This document shows, piece by piece, positions 11,399 to 24,371 of a stretch of 64,000 bases of DNA. Numbering within the stretch: position 1 is the stretch's first letter; the number at the start of each line of letters is the position of its first letter. Origin of the DNA: Phyllobates terribilis (lineage: Eukaryota). The translations under genes were made by a program, and so were the position numbers. The stretch spans positions 363,940,001 through 364,004,000 of the forward strand of contig NW_027362768.1 in NCBI RefSeq assembly GCF_046119375.1, written 5' to 3'. A model generated the notes under the pieces. The model saw only the letters and a program-made list of their open reading frames with translations. It made no database searches and was not told where the DNA came from.

Positions 11399-14229
11399 GT
11401 TTCCCTTGCTACAGTCTCTATGGAAATATTACCTGCTTTTCTGTCTGGTTTTGAGGATGTTTTTTCTTAGAGGGGGTGTCAGGATTTTCCTCCTAATCGT
11501 GCTTATAATTGTCCTATTAACCTGATCCCTGGAGCTAAATTACCGAAGTCCAGACTGTATAATCTTTCAGGCCCTGAGAGACAAGCCATGAAGGATTTTA
11601 TTGTGGAAAGTCTGGAGATGGGACATATCAGACCCTCATCTTCGCCAGTGGCGGCAGGGTTCTTCTTTGTGAAGAAAAAAGATGGCGGTCTACGTCCCTC
11701 TTTAGATTTCCGGGAATTAAATCAAATTACCATCTGTGATCCATACTCTCTTACTCTGATTCCTGATTTGTTCAGCCAGGTGGTAGGAGCTAAAGTATTC
11801 TCCAAGTTGGATTTAAGGGGAGCCTACAATCTGGTTGGAATCAGAGAAGGGGACGAATGGAAAACTGCGTTCAATACCCCAGAAGGACATTTCGAGAGTC
11901 TGGTTATGCTTTTTGGTGTGACCAATGCACCTGCGGTATTCCAGCATTTCATAAATGATATTTTCCATCATTTGGTGGGGAGGTTTGTGGTGGTCTATCT
12001 GGATGATATTTAGAGTTTAATCACCTGATTTTGAGACTCATCGGGGGCATGTTAAGCAGGTGCTCCAAATATTAAGGGATAACAAACTTTATGCCAAACT
12101 GGAAATATGTGTTTTCGCTGTTCAGGAGGTGCAGTTTTTGGGGTACTTGTTGTCATCCTTGGGTTTTCGGAGAAGATCCATGCAGTCCTTGATTGGGGAT
12201 GTCCCTAGAACCTGAAGGCTCTACAACGTTTTCTGGGCTTTACTAATTTTTACCAGAAATGTATCCAAAATTACTCTGTAATTGTGAAGCCCCTTACTGA
12301 CATGACTAAGAAGGGGTCTGATTTTTCCAAATGGTCGGTTGCTTCCCTCCATGCTTTTTCTTCCTTAAAGAATCATTTTGCCACTGCATCTATACTCGGT
12401 CAACCCGATGTTTCTCAACCCTTTATTGTGGAGGTTGATGCGTCTGATGTCGGGGTTGGGGCTGTGTTGTCTCAGGGTCTATCCCCTGGTAAATGGCGTC
12501 CATGCGCCTTCTTTTCTAAAAAATTGTCTTAGACAGAAAGAAATTATGACGTGGGTAATAGGGAACTTTTGGCGATCAAATTGGCGTTCGAGGAATGGCG
12601 ACATTGGTTGGAGGGGGCTGTCCATCCTATTACTTTTATTACTGACCATAAGAACCTGTCATTTCTCTAGTCAGCTAAACATCTCAACCCTAGGCAAGCC
12701 AGATGGTCCCTGTTTTTTACCAGGTTCAATTTTGTTGTCACTTTTGATTCAGGAGTCAAAAATGTCAAGGCTGATGCTTGTCTCGGAGCTTCCCTGGTGG
12801 TGGTGACCATGAGAACCCTGCCCCGATATTACAGAAAGGGGTAGTCATTTCGGCTCTTTATCCTGAACTGGAGGGTGAGGTGTTGGAGGCTCAGGGGGGC
12901 GCCCCTGCCTTCTGCCCTTCAGGAAGGTTATTTGTATCATCAAATCTGCGGCGCAAAGTAATTAAGGAACATCATAACTCTGTGCTTGGCATCCAGGTGG
13001 TAAGGCATTCGCGGACCTCCTCTCTCGTCGTTTTTGGTGGCCGGGGTTGCATCGGGATGTGATTGAACACGTAGCTGCTTGTAGTATTTGTGCGCATTCT
13101 AAGGTTTCACATACCCGTCCGTCTGGTCCTCTTCTCCTGCTACCTATCCATAGTAGGCCATGGACACACTTGTCAGTGGATTTTATTACTGACCTACCGG
13201 TTTCTGCAGGCAAAACGTTGGTTTTGATGAAAGGAGATAGGTTCGGTAAAATGGTTCACTTTGACACATTACCGGCACTTCCAAATGCCAAGACACTTGC
13301 ACAGGTGTTCATAAATGAGATTGTGAAGCTTCACGGGGTTCCCTCCGATGTGGTGTCTGATCGGGGGAGCCAGTTTGTTTCCAAGTTCTGGAAGGCATTT
13401 TGTTCCCGACTGGGGGTGCAGCTGTCCTTTTCCTCTGCGTTCCACCCTCAGTGGAATGGACAGACCGAGTGTGTCAATCAGAGTTTCATCTCTGAAAATC
13501 AGGAGGATTGGGCATCCTACTTACCGCTGGCAGAATTTGCCATTAATAATCATCGTCAAGAATCCACTGGCAGGTCACCGTCCTTCGGTGCATACGGTTA
13601 TCACCCACAGTTTGGTACCTTTAGTGGGGGAGGAGGTTCAGGAGTTCCTGAGGAGGAACAGTTTGCTTCGTCACTCTCCTCGGTATGGCAGGGTGTTCTG
13701 AGTAATTTAAAGATCATGGGAGACAGGTATAAACATATGGCTGACAGAAAACGCTTGCCAGATCTAGACCTGAATGTGAATGACTTTGTGTGGTTGTCTA
13801 CCAGGAATATAAGATTGAAAGTTCCTTCTTGGAAGCTGGGACCTAAGTTTATTGGTCCCTATAAAATAACCGCCATCATTAACCCAGCAGAGTCTTGTCT
13901 TGAACTTTCTCAGGCCCTTAAGGTCCAGAACGTGTTCCATAGGTCCTTACTCAAGAAGTATGTGGAATCTCTTGAGCCCTCACCTCTACCACCGACCCCA
14001 GTAATGGTTGATGGTAATCTGGAGTTCCATATTTCGAGGATTGTAGATTCTCATCTGCAACGTCGTTCTCTACAATACTTGGTGCACTGGAAAGGTTATG
14101 GTCCAGAGGAGAGGATGTGGATTTCATCGTCAGAGGTGAACGCTCCCAGGTTGGTTCATTCATTTCACACCTCTTATCCTGAGAAACCTGGTCCTGAGTG
14201 TCCGGAGGCCACTCATAGAGGGGGGATAC

Positions 14230-14729
14230 TGTCACAGGTGTGTCAGAATTGACAGACAGTCAGTTGCATGAGATCTCTACGTTTGGCATTACAGACTTCT
14301 TCTTAGAGGCTGTCCTGGCCTGGGTGTATAAATACCTGCTGTGTTCCAGAGGGAGGTGCCGGCGATATTTATTACAACTTGTGAGGCTTTAGCAAGAGTA
14401 GTACTTCTTCCTCTCTGGAGCTTGAGGACGTGTGTGCATTTGTCTGGAGTCATCTAAAGCTATGCAATTTCCCCCTGTTTGTCCTCCCTTGTTGTCTTTA
14501 GTGTTCAGTGGAGAACGACTAGTGCTCATCTCCTCCCTTCCCTAGCCTTAGCCATACGCCAGGGAAAGACAGGATGAGGAACGCGTGCGGCGATTGGTGA
14601 AGAGCCAATATAGGGTCATTAGGGGAGACAGGGTGACACTAGACCAGCCTAGGAGGTCTCCACTTCCCCCTTTCCCTAGAGTCTGGGCTCCCTTTCTTTC
14701 TTCCCTTCGTGTTGTCACCTTGCGTGACA
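14230..14729 (+). repeat. 3' LTR of Gypsy element
   Basis: TGTCAC...GTGACA, preceded by polypurine AGAGGGGGG. About 60 bp shorter than the 5' LTR. Confidence 0.93.
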
Positions 14730-15724
14730 ACATGAATTTGAAGAAAATTTTAATATGGGCCAAACTAGGACAGTTAGATAAGTATGTTGAGGCAATAGGC
14801 CAGTCTAAAAAAATTTTTTTTAGGGCACGCTTAAAACTGTGGGTATTGGGAATTAATCGAATTGTCCTGGGTAGTGCATTCCAAAGAATTGGCGCAGCAC
14901 GTGAGAAATCTTGGAGATGAGAATGGGAAGTTCGGATTATGGAGGATTTTAGTTTTAAGTCATTGGCAGAACGGAGGGCACGTGTAGGGTGGTAGACTGA
15001 GACAAGGGAGGAGATGTAAGGGGGTGCTGAAGCATGGAGCGCTTTGTTGGTAAGCGTGATAAGTTTATATTGAACTCTGTATTGGATGGGTAACCAATGC
15101 AATGACTGGCACAGGGAAGAGGGATCAGTGTAGCAGTTGGCGAGGAATATGATCCTGGCTGCTGCTTTCAGGACGGATTGGAGAGGGGAATGTTTAGTAA
15201 ATAAATAAAAAGTAAATAAAATAAAAAGTACTCATCTAGATCCGTTGCTATGATGAGCTGAGCAGATCTATGCTCTGTGCTGTGTGTGGCCGGTCACAGC
15301 AGCTGTGTAATAGTGACACCATTGCGCCCCTGGGCCGAGCCTCAAGAGAAGATTGGTGGATGGTACCTGTGCCCACTCCACTATTACATTCAACTTTATC
15401 TGTGTCCTAAAATTGCATAGGGACATTCCACCCACCTCTGGGACAGCAGGACAGATCCCTGAATCCTGGACTCTCTCTCCAGATCCAGAGGGTTGGGTGG
15501 CATGCTTTTGTGAAGCCATACCCCATTTATACCCATCCCACACCTCCCTAAATGAAGAAACCTCCTGAAACACCCGCTTTCCAGGAGGTTTTAGGCAGAT
15601 TCTTTGGTGCCTGGGAGACTTGCGACTCTTTGGTTGGTCCTACTGGTCGTCCTTTATTCGGGGGGAGTTGGCAAAAACCGAATGAGCCCCAAAGACTTTT
15701 TAACCTAGATCTGGGGCATACGTG

Positions 15725-17427
15725 TGTAAGGGTGGAGGACTGTGTGATCGCGTTCCACCCCTGAAGACACCAATCACGTTATGTGTTGTATTGTAATGTG
15801 AATAATGTCTTGTGTCTTTTGTATATATTGTGTCATGTGAAGGGGCCAAGGGTTCATTGAGGAGTATGGAACAAGCCATCATATCCTCTTTGACCAGAAG
15901 GTGTTAGAAGTTGCCCCCAAGGCTGCAAAAACTCATGGCTGGCACGAGGGTCATGTTTCTGAAGATGTATGGCCGCCATCGATGGTATGCTGTCTGTGTG
16001 GTCCATGAGGGCAGACAACCGGGAGAGCCCTTCTTGGGGAATGAGAGAGCCTGGGAGAGAGCCATGGAGGTGGTCCAAGCCGAGGGTACCACCTTGGGAG
16101 CATCAGAGAGCCCCAGGAGGTCTCTTCCTCCAACACGAGAGCCAGCGGTGGCCCAAGTGATGCAGGTGGCGGCGGCTCACTTCTTCATGGCAGAGGTTCC
16201 TATGGTATCTGGGACCAGGTCACCCGTGGTCCAGACATCAGGAAACCGAGCACCAGGAAGCTGGTGGAGATGGTCCCCGAGTCTCCCCAAGGAGAAGGAA
16301 GAAAGTGTGGGCACTGGGTGAGATGGGAAATACAGGAGGTAGAGGGGATGTTGTCAGGAGACAGAAGTTGAGCAAGCCCTAGTTGTGCTATCAGCACCTG
16401 ACAAAAGGAACAGTTTGAGGTTCCTGAGGGCCCGTGAGTCCTGGTCTCCCCATGTTGATGGCCGTGGGGAGCAAAGAAGTTGTTCCCCACTCCTTCCAAG
16501 TTTTGTTGTGCCCATTACACATCCCCTTGTTGGACTGCAGAGACGCTGCAGCTGTTGAAGGGTCCTACACCATCAGCCTGGACTGGATCCCAGCCAGTAG
16601 GGGAGGATGCATTGGAGGCATTGTGTGCTTGTCTCGTGGGCAGATGTGAGGAGAAGGACTGTGTCCCCGTCCCATGGACTAATGGGGGACCAATGAACTG
16701 TGTCCTTGTTACAAGGACCCATGTTTGGGCGGAGTGGGAATAGATGATTACATGTCCCAACCGTGTTGAAGGCAGATAGACCTTGCCCATGAACTGTTGG
16801 GGCCGTTGTTGTGTTGGCCTGAGGGCCTCTGTTTAAAAGGAACTTGAACTCTATGTTTCCGGGGTCCCAACCTAGTGGGACCGGGGTCCGTGCTGATTAG
16901 TAAAAGGTCACTACATACCCCTGGAGAAGAGACTGTTATTTATGTTATTGCGTTTGTGTCTTCCCAGTGTCTGAATGGTCGAGGACGACCATTGTTAAAG
17001 AGGAGAGGAATGTAAGGGTGGTTGATTGTGCTGTCACATTCCTACCACTGAAGACACCAATCGAGTTAAGTGTTGTATTGTAATGTGAATAATGTCTTGC
17101 ATCTTTTGTATATATCGTGTCATGTGAATTGTAATGTATAGAGTGTGGAAAGTATTGTTAATATAATGAGTTTCTGTATAGTGTGTGGTAATGCATAGTA
17201 TTAGGTAGTGTGACTGCTTCCTAATAGTTGGATAGGGTTTGTAGTGTGATGTGAGCAGTGAGGAATCAAAGGGTGACTCTGAGTGAGAGGAGACTGAGGA
17301 AGGAGGGATAGTGGGATCCTGATGAAAAGTGACCAACAAGACAGAGTGGCCTTCCAGAGATGGGTCCTTGGAGAAAACGCTGAAGACGAGTGCTTACCCC
17401 ACGGCTACCACCCGACATCACGTTACA
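15725..17427 (+). mobile_element. Small degenerate LTR element with truncated 5' LTR and gag-like remnant
   Basis: TGTAAGGGTGG at 15725 and 17011, each followed by a shared ~100-bp block (CTGAAGACACCAATC...GTGTCATGTGA). Purine tract AAAGAGGAGAGGAA precedes 17011. Ends GTTACA at 17427. Flanks CGTG/TGTG may be a 4-bp TSD. Confidence 0.55.
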
Positions 17428-18329
17428 TGTGGGCAAATGCTGGTGAAGCTAGTCAAATCGAGGGAAGGGTTCCTTGGTGACCCTCAAGGGCCCAAATCCA
17501 CATGGAGCCAGAAGTGTATGCAGTGGCCGTTCTATAAATTGTGCATGTTTTTTGGGGGGATGCCACTTGTTATGGATTTTGCACCAGAGCCCGGGAGCTT
17601 CTCATGGCGTGCAATGTGTTCCTCCACAGGTGCCAGTGCTGCAGGGCACGGCACACAGCCACACTGATGCCCTTTCCTAGCGATTCAATCATTTTGATGT
17701 GGCTGCACAATACACGTTACAGACCCCACAGGGGAGAGATATAATTAGACTCCAGACTGTGGTGATTACTGGCAGCTCGTTTCCATCCGGCCTCCACAAT
17801 GCCACCGTGCCATGCCAAGCAAGGGCCGGCTGCAGCTCTGTGCCAGGCGATGGAGCAGCCGGGTAAAAAGAAGCATTTTCGCTTTATAGTCCCCCTGTCA
17901 CCACCGCCTCCTCCTTCCCCTCTGGTTCCTGGAAGACCCTCCTCTCCTGACCCTTGGCCGGATTTAATAATACATTTATATATCAGCGCCTGCAGCACAA
18001 GCATTAAAAAGAGACAACAGAAGGAGACTGTCCCCGAAAGAGGAATTATTTATCATTGCAATGCTGGCAGCGGCGGGCGCTCTGCCGCTCATTATCCAGC
18101 AAACAATATGGGGATAAATGTACCAGGGAGAGGCGGAAACATTAATTTTCTGTTGTTCGGTCATGTTACACATTTACCGTTGTTCTGAAGCTCAGCGGGA
18201 AGTGATAACGGGGGAGAAGGTGATGGATGGAGAGAAGGAGAGCAGAAAGGGAGTATGGGGGGTCCTGGGGGGTGCACAGAGGAAGAGCATGAGTCTACTA
18301 TGGGGTCTATGGGGGCAGATCAGCTGCAC

Positions 18330-19400
18330 CCACCAACATGTTATGTGTATAGGGACCCCCAAAACTCCCCCCGACAGACCAAGCATAAGTGCCCCCATAC
18401 CAGTATCCGTCACAATACCTTTATATCAGTGCAAACCTCAGTGCCCCCATATCAGTGCCAGGCACAATCTTTCCCCATAGATGTAAAACCAGCCTTACAA
18501 CCATAAAACTCATGGTTGTAAGGCTTCATAAAGCTGAAACGCGTTGGTTTGCCAGTGTGCCTGCTGGATATGTGGTGCCATCATCTTTTTAAGATTTTTC
18601 TAATAAAAATGGATTTTATTTACTATTTTTTTCCGCTGGAATCTTCTGCTCTCTTTTGCTAAGTATCCCATAATGGTACCAAACCACGGTACCTCTACAA
18701 TAGCACCAGACACAATACCCCCATATCAGTGCAAGACCACAGCCCCTCCATATCAGTGTCACAGCGCCCACATATCAGTGTCACAGCTCCCTCATATCAG
18801 CGCAAGACCACAGCACCTCCATATCAGTGTCACAGCGCCCTCATATCAGCGCAAGACCACAGCACCTCCATATCAGTGTCACAGCGCCCTCATATCAGCG
18901 CAAGACCACAGCACCTCCATATCAGCACCAGCCACACTGCCCCCATATCAGTGCTGGTCACAGTACCTTCATATCAGCACCAGCCATTGTTCCCCCACAT
19001 CAGTGCAAAATCACAGTGCTTCTATATTATCACCAGCCATTGTACGTACCCTCATATCAGCACCAGTCACAGTACCCCATGTCAGTGCCAGTCACAGTAC
19101 CTTCATATCTACGCCAGCCCCAGCACTCTTATATCAGTGCAAAGCACAGTGCCTCTATATCAGCGCCAGTGCCCCCATACTAGTGCCAACCACAGCGCCT
19201 CCATATCAGCAACAGCCATAGTGTGCCCATATCAGTGCCACAGTACCTCCAAATCAGTGCCAGTCACAGTACTTTTATATCAGCACCAGCCACAGTGCTT
19301 TCATAGCAGTGCCAGTCACAGTTCCTCCATACCCCATATCAGTGCCATTAACAGTACCTCCTTATCAGCACCAGTGCCCTCATATTAGGACCAGACAGTG
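18330..19400. repeat. Degenerate minisatellite (CCATATCAGTGCC / CACAGCACC-type)
   Basis: Dozens of imperfect ccatatcag(t/c)gc copies, interrupted by a hairpin block at ~18490-18660. Confidence 0.75.
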
Positions 19401-21154
19401 CCCCCATAGTAGTGATTGGGATTTCTGGCAGATATATTCCACTTTCAGATTTTGGATGATGATGCTATCCTTATTCCTTATGCGATTTACGTAATTCCCC
19501 ATCCCTATAAAGTCATGGTAATGAGGGTCCGTCACTGCTCCCTTTCCTCCCCTATTACAGGGGACACATCTGAACAAAACGCTGCTTCAGACATGAAGGT
19601 ACAGAAGTCGCTGAGTGATGAGACTTGTTGTCCCCGGCCGCCGTATATATTATCAACTATTTATTATTCCATTATAATCTCCATTTCCTCGGTCTCGATG
19701 TCGGCATGAAGGATATTTATGGAAGTCGGCATTACGGCACGACGGGGAGCGCCTTTATGTGGCATATGGGCATGCTAAAAACATAACGACTTTCTAATGT
19801 GCAGAGCTGCCGCGCGCCATCTGCAGAGCCGTCCCGCAGTCACACCTGGTGCCAGCTGCCTGCCGCAGAGTCACTAGTACCCGGCACAGCATAGACACCT
19901 TCCCGCCATTGTACCGGGCATCGTGCGCTCTTTATAATGAAGCTGATCGCACAATGATACCACAGGCCAAAAAGGGACATTTTCCAAAACGATTATTAAT
20001 ATGATCATTGGTTCATTGACGTCAGAAAAGATGATCTTAATGTGGAGCTAAAGGTTTGTCCTCCCCGATAATTCATTTTGCAAATGTCGGGATAATGAAG
20101 GATCACACATGTTGAATGTCGACATGCCCGATCCTTTACAAATGCAAATAAATATAGGGGCGTTGCATTGAGCAGCCAATGAGTTTGTCTTAAAGGGGTC
20201 CATGGCTGACGGGACAAGAGACCTCCGAACCTTCTTCTACCCTGGCGCCTCTTTTGATTCACCAGCTCGGTGTAAGGCCATGACTGCATTGTGCCGCAAC
20301 AATGGCTTCATGCTGGATCTATTAATCGAAAGATGACGGCAGGTAGGATGATCGTAGGTCTCTCCATGGACCACCGAAGTGGCCGCAGGACCAGGGTTTC
20401 TGCTGCTGGAACCCATCGTAATTGCTCAATTTCCCTGAAGCGCCTTCAGAGGAGAAACGAAGAATGGACGTGTTGGATCCTCCAGAGTCAGGGATACTCT
20501 CTGCTCTCCTACGCAGAGACCCCCGGCCCAATGCGAACATATCATTTTCCACTTCTGATATCTTGTTGGGCTTTAAACATCAAAACCTCGGCCCCCGCTG
20601 CCGGCTCAGCACAATGTACATTAGAGCCCTGTAGTGAAGCTCCAGCTGTGATTATAATAAGCTGATTAATAAGTAAAGGAAATAATCAGGAGATTTCCAT
20701 TAACTTTTTTACTTGTTTGTTTTTACTCTCTGCAGAAACAGTCAGCGAGCTGCTGTTGATGGATCTTATCCTGGTGGGTCATTTACACAACGACATCCGA
20801 ATAAGCTGTAATAGATTATTAGGAATAATTAATAGTAATGTTCCAAAAAAAAGACAAAAAAGTGGGATCTACAGCAAAGTTAGTGCGCCACCTGGTGGCA
20901 GATTCTGGACAAATTATATGTTGACCTGACACCGAAGTATATAAGAAAATGAGGATTATAAATGGGACGCCATTGTCCTCTGGTATATATGTTATATACG
21001 TACAGACTGTGGGTTCATATTCTTTTATTATAGTAGGTAATCATGGAGACACTTCTGTCTGCATAGGAGCTGCATACACAAAAAGGTAGCAAGGTTGTGT
21101 CATCATTGCAAAAGTGCACGCACATCCCCTTCATCTACACTCATGAGACATACG

Positions 21155-21595
21155 GTCACAGCTGTTGTGTCTGCTGTACACTAGACTGCCTCTCTAGTCT
21201 GCACAGACCTATTGTCACAGCTGTTCTGTCTGCTGTACACTAGACTGCCTCTCTAGACTGCACAGACCTATTGTCACAGCTGTTCTGTCTGCTGTACACT
21301 AGACTGCACAGACCTATTGTCACAGCTGTTCTGTCTGCTGTACACTAGACTGCCTCTCTAGTCTGCACAGACCTATTGTCACAGCTGTTCTGTCTGCTGT
21401 ACACTAGACTGTCTGCACAGACCTATTGTCACAGCTGTTCTGTCTGCTGTACACTAGACTGCCTCTCTAGTCCGCACAGACCTATTGTCACAGCTGTTCT
21501 GTCTGCTGTACACTAGACTGCCTCTCTAGTCTGCACAGACCTATTGTCACAGCTGTTCTGTCTGCTGTACACTAGACTGCCTCTCTATTCTGCAG
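21155..21595. repeat. 59-bp tandem repeat (~8 copies, some shortened)
   Basis: CCTATTGTCACAGCTGTTCTGTCTGCTGTACACTAGACTGCCTCTCTAGTCTGCACAGA. Unit starts at 21208 and 21267. Confidence 0.93.
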
Positions 21596-22158
21596 ACCTG
21601 TCCTATTCGCCTATATCGGAAGAGAAATAAGACAAGCAATGGGGTGACATGTGCCAGATTATGATCAGTGTCGTGTCCCCCATATGCCCTCACCGCGGCC
21701 CCTTCCTTTCCTATACACCGTATTTACCTCCCACACAGATAAACAATGAGACAATCCATAGGTAGAATTACAATAAAGCCGTACGTACATATGGCGGATA
21801 CACAGATGGCCGTATGTATACAGCAGGACGCATAAAAACAGCGGCAGACGGCTGAGCGTGTCAATATGTACTCAGTGCATAAAGGGCCGGCGGGGAGGTC
21901 CTGGACCAGAGTCTGCAGCAGCAATCACCCAAGTGATCCGCGCCATTCATTGCGGGAGGCTCATCATTGTCGGGGGTCAATCTGGTCTGGCCGCAAACAG
22001 GAGTGCGGCTCGTCACAGTATGACATGGGCAGGACAGACTTCTGTCCAGCGGAAATAAATAATGAAGCTTCCTATTGAATGACAGCAAGCAGAGGTCTTG
22101 AAAACTGGAAAGTATATTACTTTTATATTGATGTCCTATCCGCAGATCGGTGGGGGGG

Positions 22159-23485
22159 GTGGCCGAGTCTACGATCAACCGTCGGCACCCGGATGTGGCC
22201 GAGTCTACGATCAGCCGTCGGCACCCGGATGTGGACGAGTCTACGATCAGCCGTCGGCACCCGGATGTGGCCGAGTCTACGATCAGCCGTCGGCACCCGG
22301 ATGTGGACGAGTCTACGATCAGCCGTCGGCACCCGGATGTGGCCGAGTCTACGATCAGCCGTCGGCACCCGGATGTGGCCGAGTCTTACGATCAGCCGTC
22401 GGCACCCGGATGTGGCCGAGTCTTACGATCAGCCGTCGGCACCCGGATGTGGCCGAGTCTTACGATCAGCCGTCGGCACCCGGATGTGGCCGAGTCTTAC
22501 GATCAGCCGTCGGCACCCGGATGTGGCCGAGTCTACGATCAGCCGTCGGCACCCGGATGTGGCCGAGTCTACGATCAGCCGTCGGCACCCGGATGTGGCC
22601 GAGTCTACGATCAGCCGTCGGCACCCGGATGTGGCCGAGTCTTACGATCAGCCGTCGGCACCCGGATGTGGCCGAGTCTACGATCAGCCGTCGGCACCCG
22701 GATGTGGCCGAGTCTACGATCAGCCGTCGGCACCCGGATGTGGCCGAGTCTACGATCAGCCGTCGGCACCCGGATGTGGCCGAGTCTACGATCAGCCGTC
22801 GGCACCCGGATGTGGCCGAGTCTACGATCAGCCGTCGGCACCCGGATGTGGCCGAGTCTACGATCAGCCGTCGGCACCCGGATGTGGCCGAGTCTACGAT
22901 CAGCCGTCGGCACCCGGATGTGGCCGAGTCTACGATCAGCCGTCGGCACCCGGATGTGGACGAGTCTACGATCAGCCGTCGGCACCCGGATGTGGACGAG
23001 TCTACGATCAGCCGTCGGCACCCGGATGTGGACGAGTCTACGATCAGCCGTCGGCACCCGGATGTGGCCGAGTCTTACGATCAGCCGTCGGCACCCGGAT
23101 GTGGCCGAGTCTTACGATCAGCCGTCGGCACCCGGATGTGGCCGAGTCTTACGATCAGCCGTCGGCACCCGGATGTGGACGAGTCTACGATCAGCCGTCG
23201 GCACCCGGATGTGGACGAGTCTACGATCAGCCGTCGGCACCCGGATGTGGACGAGTCTACGATCAGCCGTCGGCACCCGGATGTGGACGAGTCTACGATC
23301 AGCCGTCGGCACCCGGATGTGGACGAGTCTTACGATCAGCCGTCGGCACCCGGATGTGGACGAGTCTTACGATCAGCCGTCGGCACCCGGATGTGGACGA
23401 GTCTACGATCAGCCGTCGGCACCCGGATGTGGACGAGTCTACGATCAGCCGTCGGCACCCGGATGTGGACGAGTCTACGATCAGC
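22159..23485. repeat. 36/37-bp CpG-rich tandem array (~36 copies), GAGTCTACGATCAGCCGTCGGCACCCGGATGTGGCC
   Basis: Near-perfect period with two variants: a T insertion (GAGTCTT) and GGCC/GGAC. Confidence 0.97.
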
Positions 23486-24145
23486 TGTAACAGGCTGTAT
23501 ATGAAGCTGGTGCAGCACATTTCTGTACAACGGCCGCAGCAGATCAGCTCCTATTCTCTTCTATAGGATCTGATCAGCAGTCACCGGAGGTAACAGATTA
23601 CTGATAGGGATATCAGACTCTCACCGATCTTATATTGACGACCTATAAATAGTGGACAACCCCTTTATGACTGACCTCTATATGCTGGATCTGGGGGAAA
23701 TACACCGTATAATACGAGGACGACTCAGACGGGAACGTGTAAAAAAGGGTCTTAATGTAGGATGAATGTCGGGACATCCCGACTGTGGCCACGTAGCCTT
23801 GTACATGCGCCTGACACTGGGCACAGACACAGTGTGCACCGACCATCGCAAGATATAATCACTGCGGGCAGCACACGTTCCAGTGTAAATGCCAACAAGA
23901 TGCAAACTGTACGGAGACCGAACGGTACCGTCACATTGTCAATCGCTTCTCAGCACGATCCGTGGACCTTCAGAGCTGCCAAAAGTAAATTTTTCTCAAA
24001 AAAGTGATTTTTCTGCTGCAAATACTGAATGTGTGCACATAGCCTTAGACCACTAATTATTATTATTTTTATGGACCTAAAAGTTCAGGTGCTTTAAAGT
24101 GGACCGTGCATCCGTCAGACAAAACCATTATCAGCCATAAATCAT

Positions 24146-24151
24146 TTTATT
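24146..24151 (-). other. Probable polyadenylation signal of TADA3
   Basis: AATAAA on the minus strand (TTTATT on plus), ~220 nt past the stop codon. Confidence 0.55.
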
Positions 24152-24371
24152 TTATCAATATTCTTTGAAAATACTCACACGCGGGTCATTATTAACATTA
24201 AAAAAAAAAGAACAAACGAACATGAGCACAATAAAATAACACAAAAATACAACAAAACACTTGTAGAAAGTTCCTCCTTCTGAAAAAAAAGTAGTGACAA
24301 ACAGTTACACGTCCGCACTGGCGGAGCGTCCGATCCTTCAAGTACACGCAGCGTCCTCTGCTGGTTCCCGG

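Larger units (their letters stand above)
8440..14228 (+). pseudogene. Disrupted pol: aspartic protease, RT, RNase H, integrase, chromodomain (interrupted by nested solo LTR 8796-11398)
   Basis: Protease VFVDSGAG at ~8470. [30 protein letters not shown] then a premature stop at 12011. RNase [19 protein letters not shown]. Integrase CSIC, VVSDRGSQF, GQTE, GPKFIGPYKI. Chromodomain YLVHWKGYGPEERMW. Confidence 0.95.
6818..14729 (+). mobile_element. Ty3/Gypsy chromovirus-type LTR retrotransposon (sushi-like), full length but decayed
   Basis: 5' LTR 6818-7378 and 3' LTR 14230-14729, both TGTCAC...GTGACA. Flanks GCATG/ACATG form a 5-bp TSD with 1 mismatch. Polypurine tract precedes 14230. Order is gag, PR, RT, RH, IN, chromodomain. 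Confidence 0.95.
6515..15190 (-). mobile_element. L2-clade LINE 3' remnant, split by the Gypsy insertion (pieces ~6515-6817 and 14730-~15190)
   Basis: Minus ORF 14548-15102 begins HWLPIQYRVQYKLITLTNKAL...YHPTRALRS...FSRAAPILWNALP, a typical L2 RT C-terminus. At ~6530 the plus strand reads TTTTATAGCGCCAATATTTTCCGCAGCACTTTACA, an L2-type 3' tail in reverse. Confidence 0.75.

Noticed and set aside
18673-19388. 182-219-aa His/Ser/Pro-rich ORFs
   Set aside because: They derive from the CCATATCAG minisatellite.
19700-20930. Moderately GC-rich unique-looking segment with several 70-124-aa ORFs
   Set aside because: No recognisable protein motif or consistent splice pattern. Would need a homology search or RNA evidence.
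22079-23566. ORFs of 446-495 aa in three frames
   Set aside because: They are the translation of the 36/37-bp array. Frames interchange at the +T variants.
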